A stretch of DNA of 64,000 nucleotides from Myripristis murdjan (taxonomy: Eukaryota): NCBI RefSeq assembly GCF_902150065.1, contig NC_043987.1, positions 1,689,386 to 1,753,385 on the forward strand. The letters run 5' to 3'. The notes under the pieces are model-generated. The model did no database searches. It had not been told where the DNA came from and saw only the letters and a program-made list of their open reading frames with translations. Positions within the stretch are counted from its first letter, which is position 1. Every line of letters starts with the position of its first letter. This document shows positions 13,127 through 27,614 of the stretch, piece by piece. Position numbers and translations under genes: made by a program.

Positions 13127-14114
13127 GTAGGGGAGAGTGGGGTAATTTGTGCCAAGGGGCAAGTAGTGCCACCCCTGTTATCTAGAAAACCATAGAAGAA
13201 GTTGGTCATGTGACCACATATTTTTGAAGAGGCATCCATTTCACTCATCCTACAAAGAAGGGAGACACATGGCTTGAGAGGTAAGCACATTTAAGTTCAA
13301 AAAACATTTTTTGCCCTCCAAAGTAAAATTTCTATGATCAAGGTTTTTTGATTGCTGTGTTTGAACAATTACAGAAAACTTTGAAAACAGTTCACACAGG
13401 TTTTAGTACTTTAGTAAGCTACACCATGAGTCTATACAGTTAGCATGATGTTAGCTCAAAACAGCTGGGGGATGCATTTTTTTTCAAAATGGTGGGCTTG
13501 GGGTAATTTGTGCCAAAGGGCCTTGGGGTAAGTTGTGCCAGTGGCACAACTTGTGATTATATACTATATATTACTTAATTGTATTTTATTGTTATTGTAC
13601 ATTGTCTTCTTACCTTTGATCACTAAAACTATTCAGATTCAGATGAAGATGATTTGCAGGTGCTCATTTTGGAATTTTTATTTTGTTCTGGGTATGTGTT
13701 CATGTGGTGCTAGGCCTTGTTATAGAAAAGTGGCCTGTGGTCTTGTTAAAATAAGAAATAAATGTTAAATAAATAATTTTGTATTGAATTTGTTTTGCTT
13801 TTATGTAGCATTATCATTTGTGAGATTAAAATGATCTGTTTTACTTCAATTATCAATGGCACAATTTACCCCAGTGTATTCTCTCTAATGGCACAATTTA
13901 CCCCGCACTGGGGGCAAGTTGTGCCACAAAACCACTTTTTTTTCGAAAGCTATATTTCTCAAACAGTTTATATAAGATCCAAAGTGATTGTTCCCAGGGA
14001 TGCGCAACATCCTAAACTATATGTGCATATTTTAGTTGGAGGCATTACTGTAATCCCCTCGCTTTGAAGGCACTTTAAGTAAAAACTGGCACTACTTACC
14101 CCACTCTCCCCTAC
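13127..14114. mobile_element. Non-autonomous DNA transposon of about 1 kb in fus intron 5 with 25-bp TIRs (GTAGGGGAGAGTGGGGTAATTTGTGCC / GGCACTACTTACCCCACTCTCCCCTAC) and multiple subterminal GGCACAA(T/C)TTACCCC repeats
   Basis: TIRs and at least six subterminal repeat copies are visible at 13136-13160, 13498-13550, 13856-13925 and 14088-14114. No transposase ORF. Confidence 0.55.
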
Positions 14115-15127
14115 TCACCGTGTGCTTCCTTCAATTCTTAGAGAAGAAAGTTTTACTCGATAGCCTTCATGGTAAACTTAATATTCCAAAAATGCCAGGA
14201 TAACTCTGACTTGGCCTGTAATTTTACCACACAAACTGCTTGGACAGGCGCACATGTGCTCACATGCTTGTGCATGCATGAGAGGATTTTGCAGAAGTGG
14301 TCTTTGCAGCAAGATTTGAACGAAAATCAGCATCTGTAGGAAGTATTGAGCCTAGGAATGCATTGGAGACAACATGATGAGTATGAGTGTTTTAATCTGA
14401 ACTTGTGATAGCTTTTTGCTGTTGTCAAACCTCTGATCCCCCTTTTTTCCCCATTGGACCAGAGATCTTGGTCTGAATACTAACTGGGTTTAACATCTTT
14501 AAGCTGTGATCGAAACTGATGCGTACATTTTGAGATGCAACTTCAACACTATTTGTAACAGGACCAAGAAACTGTTGAATTTATCCTAAAATCAAAGCAG
14601 ATTCAAAAACAAGAAGTAAAGAATGGGTAGTGTTTGACTGTTGACAGTTGTAAGATATTCTGTCCTGACTGATGTCCTTAGGTTTTAGGACAGATACAGA
14701 AGAGTATCACCAGCGTAGCAGTGGAAGCTAGTACTTTCAGTACTGTGGTGTCTGAAATTCTTTGCACATTACCAGGACTAAGACTACTAAGACTTTTCTA
14801 AATTCACTTTATCCATAATCTTGGTGATAAACTGAGAAATTAATAGCTGCAAGAATGTAATAATAAGAAAAAGCACATTACTCCCTTGTATAGTTCAAGG
14901 GCACAACAGAGCTAAAAAGCTGGATGCTAAATAAGGATAAAGGAATGTTACTAACTAATAGATTGTTTGTGATTTACCTGCTTTTAAGCATGGCCAAGAA
15001 CAACAGCAGAAGCTGTGTTTTGATTTATATGTCTAATGTTTTCACTGTATAGTCAAAAGGCTTGCCCATGCTGTCCAAACAAGGTGGCAGACTTGTTGAA
15101 GTCTGATTGTCCCAATTATTTTCTAAG

Positions 15128-15320
15128 GGTATGGACAGGACAGCCCACCAATGAGTGGTGGAGGTGGAGGATACGGTGGCCAGGAAGGAGGTTATGGAGG
15201 CCAGGATGGCCGTGGTGGCAGGGGCCGTGGAGGTGGATATGGAGGTCGCGGTGGCGGTGGATATGACCGTGGTTTTGACCGAGGTGGCAGAGGAGGACCA
15301 AGAGGGAGAGGTGGCATGGG
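15128..15320 (+). CDS. fus: fus exon 6, Gly-rich/RGG1 ([65 protein letters not shown])
   Basis: Acceptor tctaag|, donor ATGGG|gtaagt. Matches the FUS RGG1 region (...RGRGGGRGGRGGMG...). Confidence 0.9.
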
Positions 15321-18300
15321 GTAAGTGTTTAAAACTCTCCTCTGTCTGTATGTGCATCAGATTGTGCTGGACTCAAAGTCAAACACATGAATTCTGTGTA
15401 GATACATCGGAGGTCTTTCTTCACCTTTGGTCAACTGTGCACAGTGTTATATTAGACCAATGCTAGCACTGACTAATAACAGCCTACTGGAGCTGTTGTG
15501 AGCTGTTTTTGTTCAAATGTATTTTTACTTGTTTTTCATCACAGAATTTGTAAGTTGGGTTAAGCCATTCACTGGGCTCCTGTTTGCAATGATGACTAAA
15601 TATTTAATTGTGTGTTTAATTTTTGCTAAAAGCAGCATAAATGTGCCTTTTTTTTTTTTCAAAAGATGTGTTCACCCACATTACAAGTGTTTCAGTGTAT
15701 AACCGCAAAGTACTAACCTGTCGAGAGTGAATATATGACATCAACTATTCATTAGCCCTGTGCCACAATTTTGGATTTAAGTGCGCCCAAAGCCATCATA
15801 TGCTGAGTGGCATATGACCAGGCCTTTATTCTACTGAAGGAGAAAGAATAATAGCCACAATATAAGGCTGCTGGTGCATAAACCCTTATCAGTTGAAAAC
15901 AAAACAGCTTTTCAATGGAACAAGTGAAAGATGAAGCAAAAAATAGTACTGGTGGTTGCTGTTTTGGTTTACTACTTTCAGCTCTGGCTTCCTTTAAACT
16001 CTCCAAAGTTTTAAGAAACTATACTGACCTTTGGAGTTTGGCTCACTATTGACCTTACCAAATATGTGATGAGAGTTTTGGCACCAAATTCCTTGGTGTC
16101 TCCTGTAGCTCTGTCTGATGGCCATGCTAACACTTTAACATATAGGGTCCTGTCTTGCGTCAGAGTCCCTAAACCCATAGGCATGGTTTGAGCGTTACGC
16201 CAGTTAAACCAATGAGTGTGCCAGGTGCCACTGCCTTTAAGGGCAGGCTGCGCTATACCAAATTCTCAAACCGAAACCCATGATGGAGAGAGGAAGGTCA
16301 CGATTTAGTACTATCTCTGCCATTTTCTCAGGGGTTCAACTGAGGCTAAAGCAAGGTGACTTTTTATAGGCCAGTTAATTGGGGAGGTGGAGCCGCATGT
16401 GCACGTCCACATGTGTCCAAGTGGACGCGCATTGAAGCCGCCTGGGCGCGCTCTCGTAAAAGCCCAAATGGGTGGGTGGTTCTGAGGACCCGCTATACGC
16501 TTTCCCTAAAGTGTGTGCTCAAGATAACAATTGTAGGAAAAGAGCATAAACACGCCCACAGACACACCTCCAGGCACAAATAACGGAGTCAGCATAATGT
16601 ATAGCTGGTAGTGTGGCCGCAAGATACCGTTTAGGGATAGTGGAAGCTGCTGAATGCACAATTCACTTGTAGCGGGTAGTGGCAACGGGTAGCGCAGTGT
16701 GAAAGATAGAGCCCATAGTATGTTAAGTAATTGGAGGCACTTGAGATTATTCTAAGGGTGCTTTCACACCTAAGTCTACTTCCTTGGGTCAGACCTAATG
16801 TAAGACTGATACATTGTTTTGTTTGTTACTTGGTCCGGTTGCTTTCACACTGCCGAATAGCAGGCCAGCCTTTTGGAAAAGTTTGGTCTGGACTACAGTT
16901 CACTTGATGTGTTCACACCTGTCTAAAAGATTCAAACTTAACAGAAAGTCTGTAAAGTCTGGAAATTATTTATCACTTCCTAAAAGTGAAAAAATTGCAG
17001 CTTGTTGCAGCTCTGAGGTCAGATGATCAGTTCATTTTAATGGCCAGTCTGACCCTGCCACGCTTGTTTTGCAGACTCATACAGTGGATACAAAATCCAG
17101 AAAAAAAAAGTATTTCCACAAAAATATTTGCATTGTTACTTTGAAATGGACCTCATTAATGATAATTTAAAATAGATTTTTGTCTCCAGATGTTCTGAAT
17201 CTATAGGCTGCAGAATGCAAAACCAGTACTAAATTTGGATACTAAAAGGCTTGTCTTCATGCACAGGATAATGGTAATTGCTTATGTTACCTAATATACT
17301 GTACCTTAAAGCATGTGCACTGGGCAGAACTATCTCACAGCAAAATGATATTTGTGACAGTCGTGTTACTGGATATTGGCTGAAGTGACCGATGAGCCCA
17401 ACTGCCAAAATATTGATGTTGGACTTGAAAAGTACACTATGCAAAACTGTTGAGGATCAATTTAAGTGAGGACTGCTGGGACTCGGCTGACAGAAAACAT
17501 CAATGAGTCGGTCCAAACAAGGACAACTGTTCAGACTGAATCATTAAATTATGTCTTCGCTTCAATTGACCCCTAGTAATTTTGCATAATGCACCTTTTA
17601 AATAATCAAACTAAAGAGAAACAAATTACATTGTGACTAAACACACTTGCATATTCAACAACAATCACGTAAGTACTTTTAATCCCAGAGCTGCACACAT
17701 CATCATATCCTCTGAAGCCTGGAAATTATACAGCTCACAATTATGGGATTTCTTCTTCATCATCTTTTGGAGATTTTAGACAATAAATAACATGAAAAAA
17801 TAAATGTAGAGTAAAAGTAACAGGATTACAAATTCATCAGTGTTAGATTCTTGCTTGCAGCAATTGAGTTTCAGTACATCCGAAGAATTATAGGCCTCTA
17901 TTAAAAATAGTAAAATAGAAATTGTATATTATTGGCTACTTCTGGTGTAGACATTTTTCACAGCAACCATTTTGACTTGAAATTGCAGGGTAAGCACAGG
18001 TCACAAGACATTAATAAAGGTTCTGTTCCATTTTTGTCTAACAGAACGTTCCAGTGAGCCAACATTTTCTTCCTTGTTTTCAGATCAAAATGGTTGCTGA
18101 GAAAAGGGTCTTTTAGCTGGTTTTCCAGCTTGCTACACCGGACTGGTTATGCTATTTGAGTGTGAATGCCAGTACAAAATCTATCAGACAAACAAACATG
18201 CATTTTTGCAATTGGGTTAATCACCTTGTACAGTAGTTAGCTGATATTTAAACTGCTATGTATATGAGAAACCCAGATTTCATAATCGGGTTAAGCGACT

Positions 18301-21300
18301 AAGAGAAAGCTAGTTAAGACAGCAAAGAATTTCTGCTGTAGAAACCTAATCACTGGGCCACATAAACTCAGGCGTTAACTAAAACTTCTGACTGACTTTT
18401 TATTTGTGTGCATATGCAGTAATTAGAGAGCAGATAAAGAAATTGACGCAAAACACACGTCTGTCCTACTGAGTTGGGGAGAATAAATCTTCACCATCCT
18501 ATATGGTTGTTGAAGAATACTTCAAACTTCTAAAATTTGTCAACTTTACTAATTATGAAAATATAAGGAAAAAACATCTGCAGCAACCTGGTACAAACTG
18601 CAGAGTTGTATAAAAAGTGAGCTACCTGACCCGCTGCTGCCTGGAGTGCAGCGGCAAAGCTGGGGGAAGTCGCAGCCAGAGGCTGTGTGTCTGCATTGTG
18701 GCGGCTCTGCAGGCTGCAGCATTTGTGTTAGCAGTGGCCAAAGGAGAAACCTGATTGCTTTTCTTTCTTTTATTACGAGCCGCCAGCATTGCCATGTTTA
18801 GCTGGACTGACTAGTGGTATGGTGATGTCACACAAAGAGAGCGCTCCTCTCGGCTCTTGACAAAGTGGGATTGTAAATCAAGTCATTGATGTGTCTCTGG
18901 CCATCATACACCTTTTGAGCCAAGACCAAGATTAAACTCATTATGTTTGGTTTCAACAGTCAAAACAGGAAAATGACTGTTAAGACAGGTCTGTGAGTCT
19001 GTGACGATCTTCCACTAAGCAAGTGATGGGGGCATGCATCAACCAAGTTAAGACTGCCTACACTGTACACAGACTCTTAAGACTGTGAAATAGTTTTAAA
19101 TAATGCCTAATGTAAGGTTGACATTAATATAGTACATCTCTAATTCCATCAACTGAACCAAGTGTCAATGTATCACCCAGAGGTTACCAGAAGACGCCAG
19201 GTGTATTTCCACAATACCTGAGTCACTAACTGAGGTTATAAACCACACACTTTTCAAAGTGGTCAACAAATTATGCAGGGGTCTGGAATCTGCGATTACA
19301 TAAACGTTGAATTATCCACCTAGTTGGGTTTATTAAGTTAGAGGCTTTGTGGCTGAATGGTGGTCTGAAACTATATTTGTGACTTGTAAATCTGTATTAT
19401 GATGAAAACTAGGTTTACACAAAAATGAGGATATTTCTGTGCAGACAGTGACTGTGATTTTTTTTTTTTTTTTTGGGATGTGAATCATGTAAAAAAAATG
19501 CCCTTGGTCTCAGCTGGAACAGCATGCTAAAAAGTGAAACTTTGAGCCTTGGTTTATCTCAGTGTTCACTGAAAGTTTCTGACATGGGCAGACCAGTGGA
19601 CCTGCTAAAGCTTTTTACAACTGGGGTGATGACACTCCCAGCATCATTTGCCACAGCTCTGCTTAGTGTGTAAGTGCTGCCTCTGCAGACTTTGCGGATA
19701 CACAGTGACCGTTTCACTCCACCCAATTTCAAGTCATCAAAACACAACAGTGCTGCTGCTTTTAGGAAAACAAATTAGGACGACTTTATTATGGTGATTG
19801 AATACTGGTATGAAGAAGCTTAAAGTCTCTCAAAGTTCATTTTCATATCGCAGTGGAATTAATGGAAAACTGACTGGCTAAAAGAGAGAAAAAATTATAT
19901 CCAACTTCTGCTTTAGGAGAAATTAGCTGAAACATGAAGTAGCCTACTTAATATCCTTTTCTGAGATTTTTTCTATTCTGGTGTGTGTGAATAGGTGCTT
20001 ACATCGTAACTGTACAGTAATATAATAATAAATTGATAATTTGATACTAAATTAGACCTGCTTGTGTGATCAGTCAGAATGTGGCTATTATTAATTCATG
20101 AGGCTATTGTAGCTCATAATATGTAGTGGTGCATAACAGCACAATGGCCACTTTGGCACTGTCAGAGGACATTACCAATACAACACTGTGAAAAGTCTGA
20201 TTTTCTTGCTCAGGGTGATTTACATTTAGTCCAAATGTGATTAACAGAGGTGTGCCATCATCCAGTTTAGGCAAATTGTGGGAGTGGGCATTCGACTTGT
20301 GCAGTGTGCACATACCCAAGATAAGTGGTTTTGCTAAGGTTTTGTAAGTTTAATGCAAAATTTAAAAACACCTTGTTATTTCTATGTAAAACAAAAACAG
20401 TGAAATATTTCATCCTCAAATGAGCCTTCAAAGTAAAACGCAACAAAACCAAGCAAAGAACAATAAATGCATGTGCGTATTCAGGTGAGCCTCTTACTAG
20501 ATAAGCTGGACACAGGCAAATAGCCTGTTTGTTAGACCTCTGAAACAATATTTACTGGAGGTTTTTATTTTGCTGTGGTTCTGTATTGTGTTGCATGTTG
20601 CAAGTGTTGCCTGGTATGCAAGACTCTCTTACAGTCTTGTAAACAGTCTCTGGATTATGGGTTGTTTTGTTATCATTTTCTTCTGTAATTGGAAACCTGA
20701 AATGCTTCCAGGCAGCTTTTGTAAAGCTGTTTTTCAGTTCGTCAAGTCACTGACAGTATCCTCACTGTAGTGAAGACAGAAATCACAGTACAAGAAGATG
20801 ACGGACAATAAGATCACATGTCAAATAGACTTTAATGATCTATAGACCTGAAATGGATTCCTATGACGACTGTGGTTAAATTAACTTCTTAGTAACATTT
20901 TCACAACTATATGTACTATGTACAGAAAAGGCAAAGGTGAACTTTTCTGTTTGCTTATTAACAAATGGTGTTTCTAGCACTAGATACTCGTGGTCTGGTA
21001 TGGTAAGTTGATATCAACATGTTTTGAGTTGGACTGTAAAGATTATTTGAAATGTCTCACAGTGATGGTGATGTTTGTTTTCTATATAAACTCACAGACA
21101 AATGAGTTTGCCATTTCATTCTTTGTTCTCACATCCATAATACAACATAGATTATATCTGCATCCCCTTCCCTTCCATTATAATCTGTGGAACACAATCC
21201 CAAATGTTATGTTCATAATATTACCAAAAGGAGGCAGATGTCTTACATATCAGTTATTACCCCCCTGTTTTGCTTGCAGTTGCCTTACCTCAGTTCTGTA

Positions 21301-22961
21301 CTTTCTATGGTAACATTTTGTGAGAAGGGTTGTAGTTGCTGTACCACGGCGCAACTTGAGATAAACAGACCTGCTGTTGCTGAAGAGATTAAGTTGGTTT
21401 CACATTTGTACCTTCCATGTTAAGTTCCGGGAAGGTAAAGAAGATATAGGCTGATAACTCTCAAAAGAATGTAAACTAACTGATCAAATCAGGATTAAAT
21501 TGAATCTGAGAGCCTAAACATTTATTAAACCCAGGTCTCAGACTTGTGAAACATTTCTTCTATTTGTGGAAACCTAGAAAAATTTGATTTCACTGTTTTG
21601 TCTCTATACAGACCACACCAAACGAGGTCTAGATCAAGAACAACTGTAGATACATTGCATTGAGAAAATCTTTTGAATGAAATCATCACCCCAAGAATCA
21701 AAATAGAATCATGAGATTTCTAAAGATTCCCACGCCTGGTATATATGGTTACATCTACCAAAGCCTGCATAGGCATTAGGGTCATAATGTCCCTTGAGTT
21801 TGCTATGAACATGCCCAGTCAGCTTCAATCAACTCAGAGTTGGTTGGACTCATTGTAATCAGCTGTTCTGAAACCCAGAAGTCAGGATGTGCCGTGTTGG
21901 GTTTGTTCAACTCAGTTTCTTTCAGAGTTTGTTAAACCACCTTCCTGAAATACACCTCGGTGATATTTTACACCGATTGTAATTTGTTGCATGTCAGTGG
22001 CCAGTGTATGTTGAATTCAAAGTAAGCCTTTATATGCTGCCAGTTCAAAGGCAATGCAGTGCTTTTTTCTTCCTAATATATCCTTTTGTCCACAAGAGCC
22101 TGCCAAAAAAAGATTTAATTTCTTCTGTAGTAAGTATACGTGGCTTTGATACTATCCACACCAACATCCACAAAACATTACCATCACCCTGCTTTTCACA
22201 CCTATTATCACCACCTTCCCAACAAGTCCTTACAGGATCATTGTGTAATTCTCTGCTTTAATCAATCTTCAATCTTCTCCTAGGCTTTTACCCTCTCTCC
22301 AGGGTGGGTTTCTGCTCTTAGGCCTTCATTTGGGAAATTGCAAAAGGAAGGAAGTGCCTAGGCAGTTACAATCTATTTATATTTGAAGGGACGATGGTGA
22401 AAGAAAATGCAGTTTGGAAGGATATTAGAAAAGATGTGTGTTCAGTAAAGCCTCAAAGAAAATACTTGTTTGAATGTTGCTGCAGTTTGTAATAACAAAC
22501 ATGTTGTCTGAGATCTAACCATATATCCAACACCCGTCCTGGAGTCAAAGGTATTAGGTTTGGTTTGGTTAGTTGATGCCCATCAAATTATAGGGTTGCG
22601 TTAACATGGACTTACTCAAGTCACTAAGAGACATTATTGACTTATTGAATAATTGGTTACACAAGGTCAAATTTCAGCTGCCTATTAAAGAAATTCACTA
22701 AGCAGACAAGGTCATTAAAGTGGCCTATTGTCCACATCCTCACCGTAACAGAACTCTAATAATGGAGAAAATTGAGTTATTCAAGAGATATGGAACAGAG
22801 AGGACTAGGGGTACAACAGGGCAAGTTCCAAGAGGGTGAAGGTGGATTATCTGTATGGAGGGACTATGAGAGTGACGTTTACCCACCCAGAAACCCCTTG
22901 AGAGAAATTGCTGTCAGCACCAGCCTTCAATGCGTGTCGCTTTTCTCTCCCTCTTCATCAG

Positions 22962-22996
22962 AATGGGCGACCGTGGAGGATTCAATAAGTTTGGTG
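22962..22996 (+). CDS. fus: fus exon 7, 35-nt micro-exon (MGDRGGFNKFG)
   Basis: Acceptor cttcatcag|, donor GGTG|gtaagt. Matches human SDRGGFNKFGG. The length is not a multiple of 3. Confidence 0.85.
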
Positions 22997-25900
22997 GTAA
23001 GTGAAAAAAAAACAACTTGAACAAAAGGTTTACTGAGTTAAAACGGTCAAAGTTAATGGGACTGGAGGTTGGAATGCTCAAGATCCCGAAAAGACACGGC
23101 AGCTAAAATTTGTTAAGTACAAATTTGATAAGTGTGGGTATTAAGGAGTTTAAGTTAAAGTTTGCCATTTTGAAATGTATCGTAGAGAAAAGCCAAACAT
23201 TCAAGTAATTGTACACATCAGCAAATGTGGACAGAAAATTACACAATTGCTACCATACATTTCCTTTTAGAGAGGAACAATGGGTACATGAGCACATGTA
23301 GAAAAAATTATTCTGCATAGCATATTGAGGTGGACAAACCTGAAAATATCTAGTATGTTTGGGGGGAATCTGCTGATGCTCATTACTAAGCTAGATTTTC
23401 ACTACTTGGAATCACAGCCATGATGGAGTTATATGGGCTCCTCAACATGCTATGCAAGGCAGAATGTGATATATATAATGTTTTCCATGCCACCGGCTTC
23501 TCAGGTAAGAACCCTCAGTGTGATAAGTGTGAATGTTCTCTCTACTTAAGAGACTGACAGTTTACTCTGTGATGGAATATTTCCAACAGAGGGAGCTGCA
23601 CAGTAACTAAAAGGACTTAGTCATTCCTGTACTTTGTCTTGCCTGTGTGGCAGCCGATTTTCTTGGGAGGGTTGCTGGATGATCTCGATCTGTGTCTGTC
23701 TTGTCCTGTCATGTGCCTGTATGGTGCATGAATCTGAAATGTCTGAAGGGTAGTTTGGAAATCAGGAAAGAAATGAGAAGTTAGAAAAAATTTAGTAGGC
23801 TGTAGAAAAAGGTTGTCATTGTTACAACAGCCTGAAAAGACAATAACTGCTGTTAAATCAGATTTAGTGACTGCTGCAAGTAAATGTTGCAAGCTACATG
23901 TGACCATTTCTACAAAGGAAATCAGCCTTTTTTTTGTTTATCATCTCATGATGTAGGCATTTGGCGTCATTACCGGCTACATAATGCGTGGAAGACAGAA
24001 TGAGTACTAGTTTCCACAGAGATGAGTTGAAAACTGGTTTGATTGATGAAAACTGGTTTGATTGCCTTATGGAATGCCTTGTACCTGTAAGTTAGCGCAA
24101 TTTCAACTGTGAACATGGCGTGAAGTGCTATCTCACCAATACCCCTTTGCAATACGATATGATATACTTGTGTTCATAGTCAAATTTGTTATGAGACATT
24201 GCAGGGACAGAACATCAGAAAAACACTGCATTTTAGTTAGGTTGGGAGAGACCAATTCACCTGGAGGTGAAATGTTTTCTAGGATTTCTACAAATATAAA
24301 TGGTGTTTTTTATTTTGTCTGTTTTTAGTGGTCCCATAAAAACATATGTAAAACCTGCTTGTTTGAGGTAAAAGTACACTTGTACTGGGTGAAACATGGC
24401 GGCTAATGCGTATTAAGCAACTCAACACTGACCCAGAGTGTCACATTCTCAAGCATATGGGAATAAACTAGGTAAAGAAAAGATTGATCGAAGATTGAAA
24501 AGATAAAGATTGTTAATTACTGACATACATATTTACTTAACCGTGTACTGTGATGTGTTATGGGTTCAATGTATATTTTTGGAACTTGATGTTAACACTG
24601 ACCTCAGTGTGCACAGAGCTGTTACAGACTGATCTTTGTCACTGACATTGATCATGAAGATCATTCAGGTTAAAGTCTCCTGCATGAAGCTGCAGGAATT
24701 AGACCCTGAAACATTGCCTGATTTTTTTTTTTTTTTTTTTTTCAATTGCCATGTCCAGCTTGAGCTAAAAATTCTCACATCCATTTATTGTCAAAACTGG
24801 TGACCAGCAGACTTGACACAGCTGGAGCAGTGTTGTCTACAACATCTATAATAGCTCTTTTAGATAATTACCATGTTTAGCTTTAGCAGAAACTAAGCCA
24901 ACCTGTTTACTGCATTGGATTTTTTAACAGTTTTGCATATACAATATACAAATCAAAAACCAAAAGGGAACACTACATTTCATTAACATGACAGGCTCTA
25001 GGGCAGTTGGAACTGGCTAAATGTGATTGACATAAGCTATAACAAAGTCGTTCTCATCTTACTCCTGTAAACATGAATACATAGTAAGATATTACTGAAA
25101 TTAGGGCATTTATACATCTAAGACAGCTTTATCAGGTGGTAGATGCTCACTGATATTATATGCCCAGTTATTCTATTAAAAAAAGTTTTTGAGGGAATTG
25201 GCACCCAGAAAATCTAGTCATCGTGTGATAATTGTCTCTCAGACCTGGAATATATTCCATAGAAACTTTTTATAAACCTGCTGAGTCATAGGGCTCAGCA
25301 CAGGTTTGGTTAATATATTCAGTGACTTTCTGGGAATTTCAAAATAATCATTAGCTCACTTCCTCCCTGTAACAGGTGTGTAACCTCCCTGTTGACGTAT
25401 ATGGCTCCACTAGCTTGCACAGCCATTTTTTGCCAGTGAGCCGTAATAGCAGTGATTGAAAGATTGTGGTGACGCTAATGCTTTGGCTTCAAAGTTGACT
25501 TTGGAGACAATGCAGGAGTTATTTCAAAGACAGAACATTCTGTCCAGTGCTTTAAGCTCTGTTGTACAGTGCAGATTGTCCGATGGTGTCAATCAATTTA
25601 TTTGGAAAGGTATTTTTAAAAAACAACAGTAAAAGTTAACACACCAAAGGTGTTGCAGTATAATGGGATGAATGGTAATCACAACAGTTGAAGTTTGTTT
25701 TACAGATGGATGAAGTGTGTATATTACTATCTTTGGTATTTAATAAGTGTTCTTGAGGAAATATTATGTTCTCATTGTGTATTTGAGAAATAACCAGAGA
25801 AGACAGAATAACAGCCATGGTACGTGTGTTCCAAAGACATCTGTGTTTGAAAAAAAAAATCCAGTATTGAAAACCGGATGTAGAAAAAGGAATGAATGTG

Positions 25901-26642
25901 TGATGTGCACATTTCTGCATAACAAACAGTTATGCTGATGATGTCTATGGTGAAAAGGACAATACTGTGGTATGTTGAAACAAATTCCAAATATGTTTTG
26001 TTCTGAAGTAGCCCATGAAGTTGGCATGCTTGTGCAGAGGGAAATGATTTCAATCAGTACTCCAGAAGTACTGTTGAAAATGGATGAAGTATAGGTGAAT
26101 CTGCTTTACATATTGGATCCAAGAACGCAACCTGTATGGCTTTTTGTGCTGATGGTTTTCGCTGTAGTTTGTTCATCACACTGTCCAAAGGAAGTGTCAT
26201 AGAATGAAACATGAGTTTGTTGACTTGTTGGATACAAAAAGAATCAAATACCAAATGGTATGGTAGTGGTATGTTCAGATGCACAAAGTCAAATGGCGGT
26301 GAGTACCCCAGTAATGTGGGTCAGTGTCCCCAGAAATCTGTTTTGTGTTTATGTGGTGTAGAGTGGATAATCATGAATGATGTGACTGAGTGGAATCACA
26401 TCATGTTTGAAAGACTAGGACTGTACATGGGTTTTTTGGTTGTCACATGAATTGGTTGTCATGGAAAGCAACTAAGACAGCACATTACATACAAAGACGT
26501 AAGTGGACTCATGTTAATGCTTTGGTGGGCATTCGGGTGCATGAAAATAGGCAGTGAATGTAGAGTTTGTGAGATAGTGGTGTATGTGTGTTTCCTTGCT
26601 GGTCTTTCCCCCCATCTGACGTCTTTTTCATACCCTCTCAAG

Positions 26643-26684
26643 GACCAAGAGACCAGGGACATGGGCATGGAGGACACAGCTCCA
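26643..26684 (+). CDS. fus: fus exon 8, 42 nt (GPRDQGHGHGGHSSS)
   Basis: Acceptor ctctcaag|, donor CCA|gtaagt. GPRDQG is conserved with human. Confidence 0.8.
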
Positions 26685-27614
26685 GTAAGTGTGCTTCTCT
26701 TCTCAACATTGATGTAGGGTTGATGTTTTCTTCATATCTTCAGCAATTTCCCTCAGACACCAGAGTGGCTCTCAGTAATTGTGAACGTTTCCACATGTGT
26801 GGTAATGTCATAGCTGCAAAACTAAAAACTGTAGTTACAAACTTTACAGCAAAGAGAAAACTTTCCAGGGGAAACGGAATTAAACTTATTGTTTTTTTTT
26901 TTTTAGACAGCTCTGATGGAGCTTAAAATATGTTCACATTTTAGAGATTGTCATTAACATTTTCCTCATTAATGATGTTGTATCTCACCCATCTGCTTTT
27001 AATCAGAATATTGTTTTTTTGTTTGTTTTTTTAATGACCCAGTTCACCTGATGTACAAGGCAGAAACACCACAGCTATGAATGATTAGCACACAAAATGG
27101 AGATAATATGACATGATATAACATGACGTCAGTGACTGTTTAACAACCTGATGGCACCAAAATACAGGGACATACTCTTACTGTAAAGGATTACAATCTT
27201 TTCAGTGACATACTGTCAGCAGTGTTCTGCCGCTGGATTGAAAAAGAACTGAATTTGCACACTAAATTTCCGAGTTAGCATCATTTTAAGGAAACAGTTG
27301 AGTTATAACTGTGAGGATAGTATTACATTGAACATTTTTGCAAAAATAGGTGGCTTGACAGCAGCAAAGGAATGGCCAGTGTTCATCTGACTGGAATTTG
27401 GTACAAACAAAAGACGAAGACGAAGTCCTTTTCTATTAATACCACTTACAGGCAGGTGGGATGTTCATGGGGAATGAGTGCTGGTAATGCTTAGGACTAG
27501 CCACAGTTGCATACAGTATAGGACAGTAAATGACATAATTGTGAGTTCAAAGCAGTGACGGGTCCAGTATCCTTTTGCCTATTGACTGACATATGTCCTA
27601 TTCTTTTCATACAG

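Noticed and set aside
15025-15357. Antisense ORFs (15025..15357 −, 15116..15301 −) and the alternate-frame + ORF 15036..15266 over fus exon 6
   Set aside because: GGN/RGG-repeat coding sequence is open in several frames and on the opposite strand. The sense frame that continues exons 5 and 7 is the real one.
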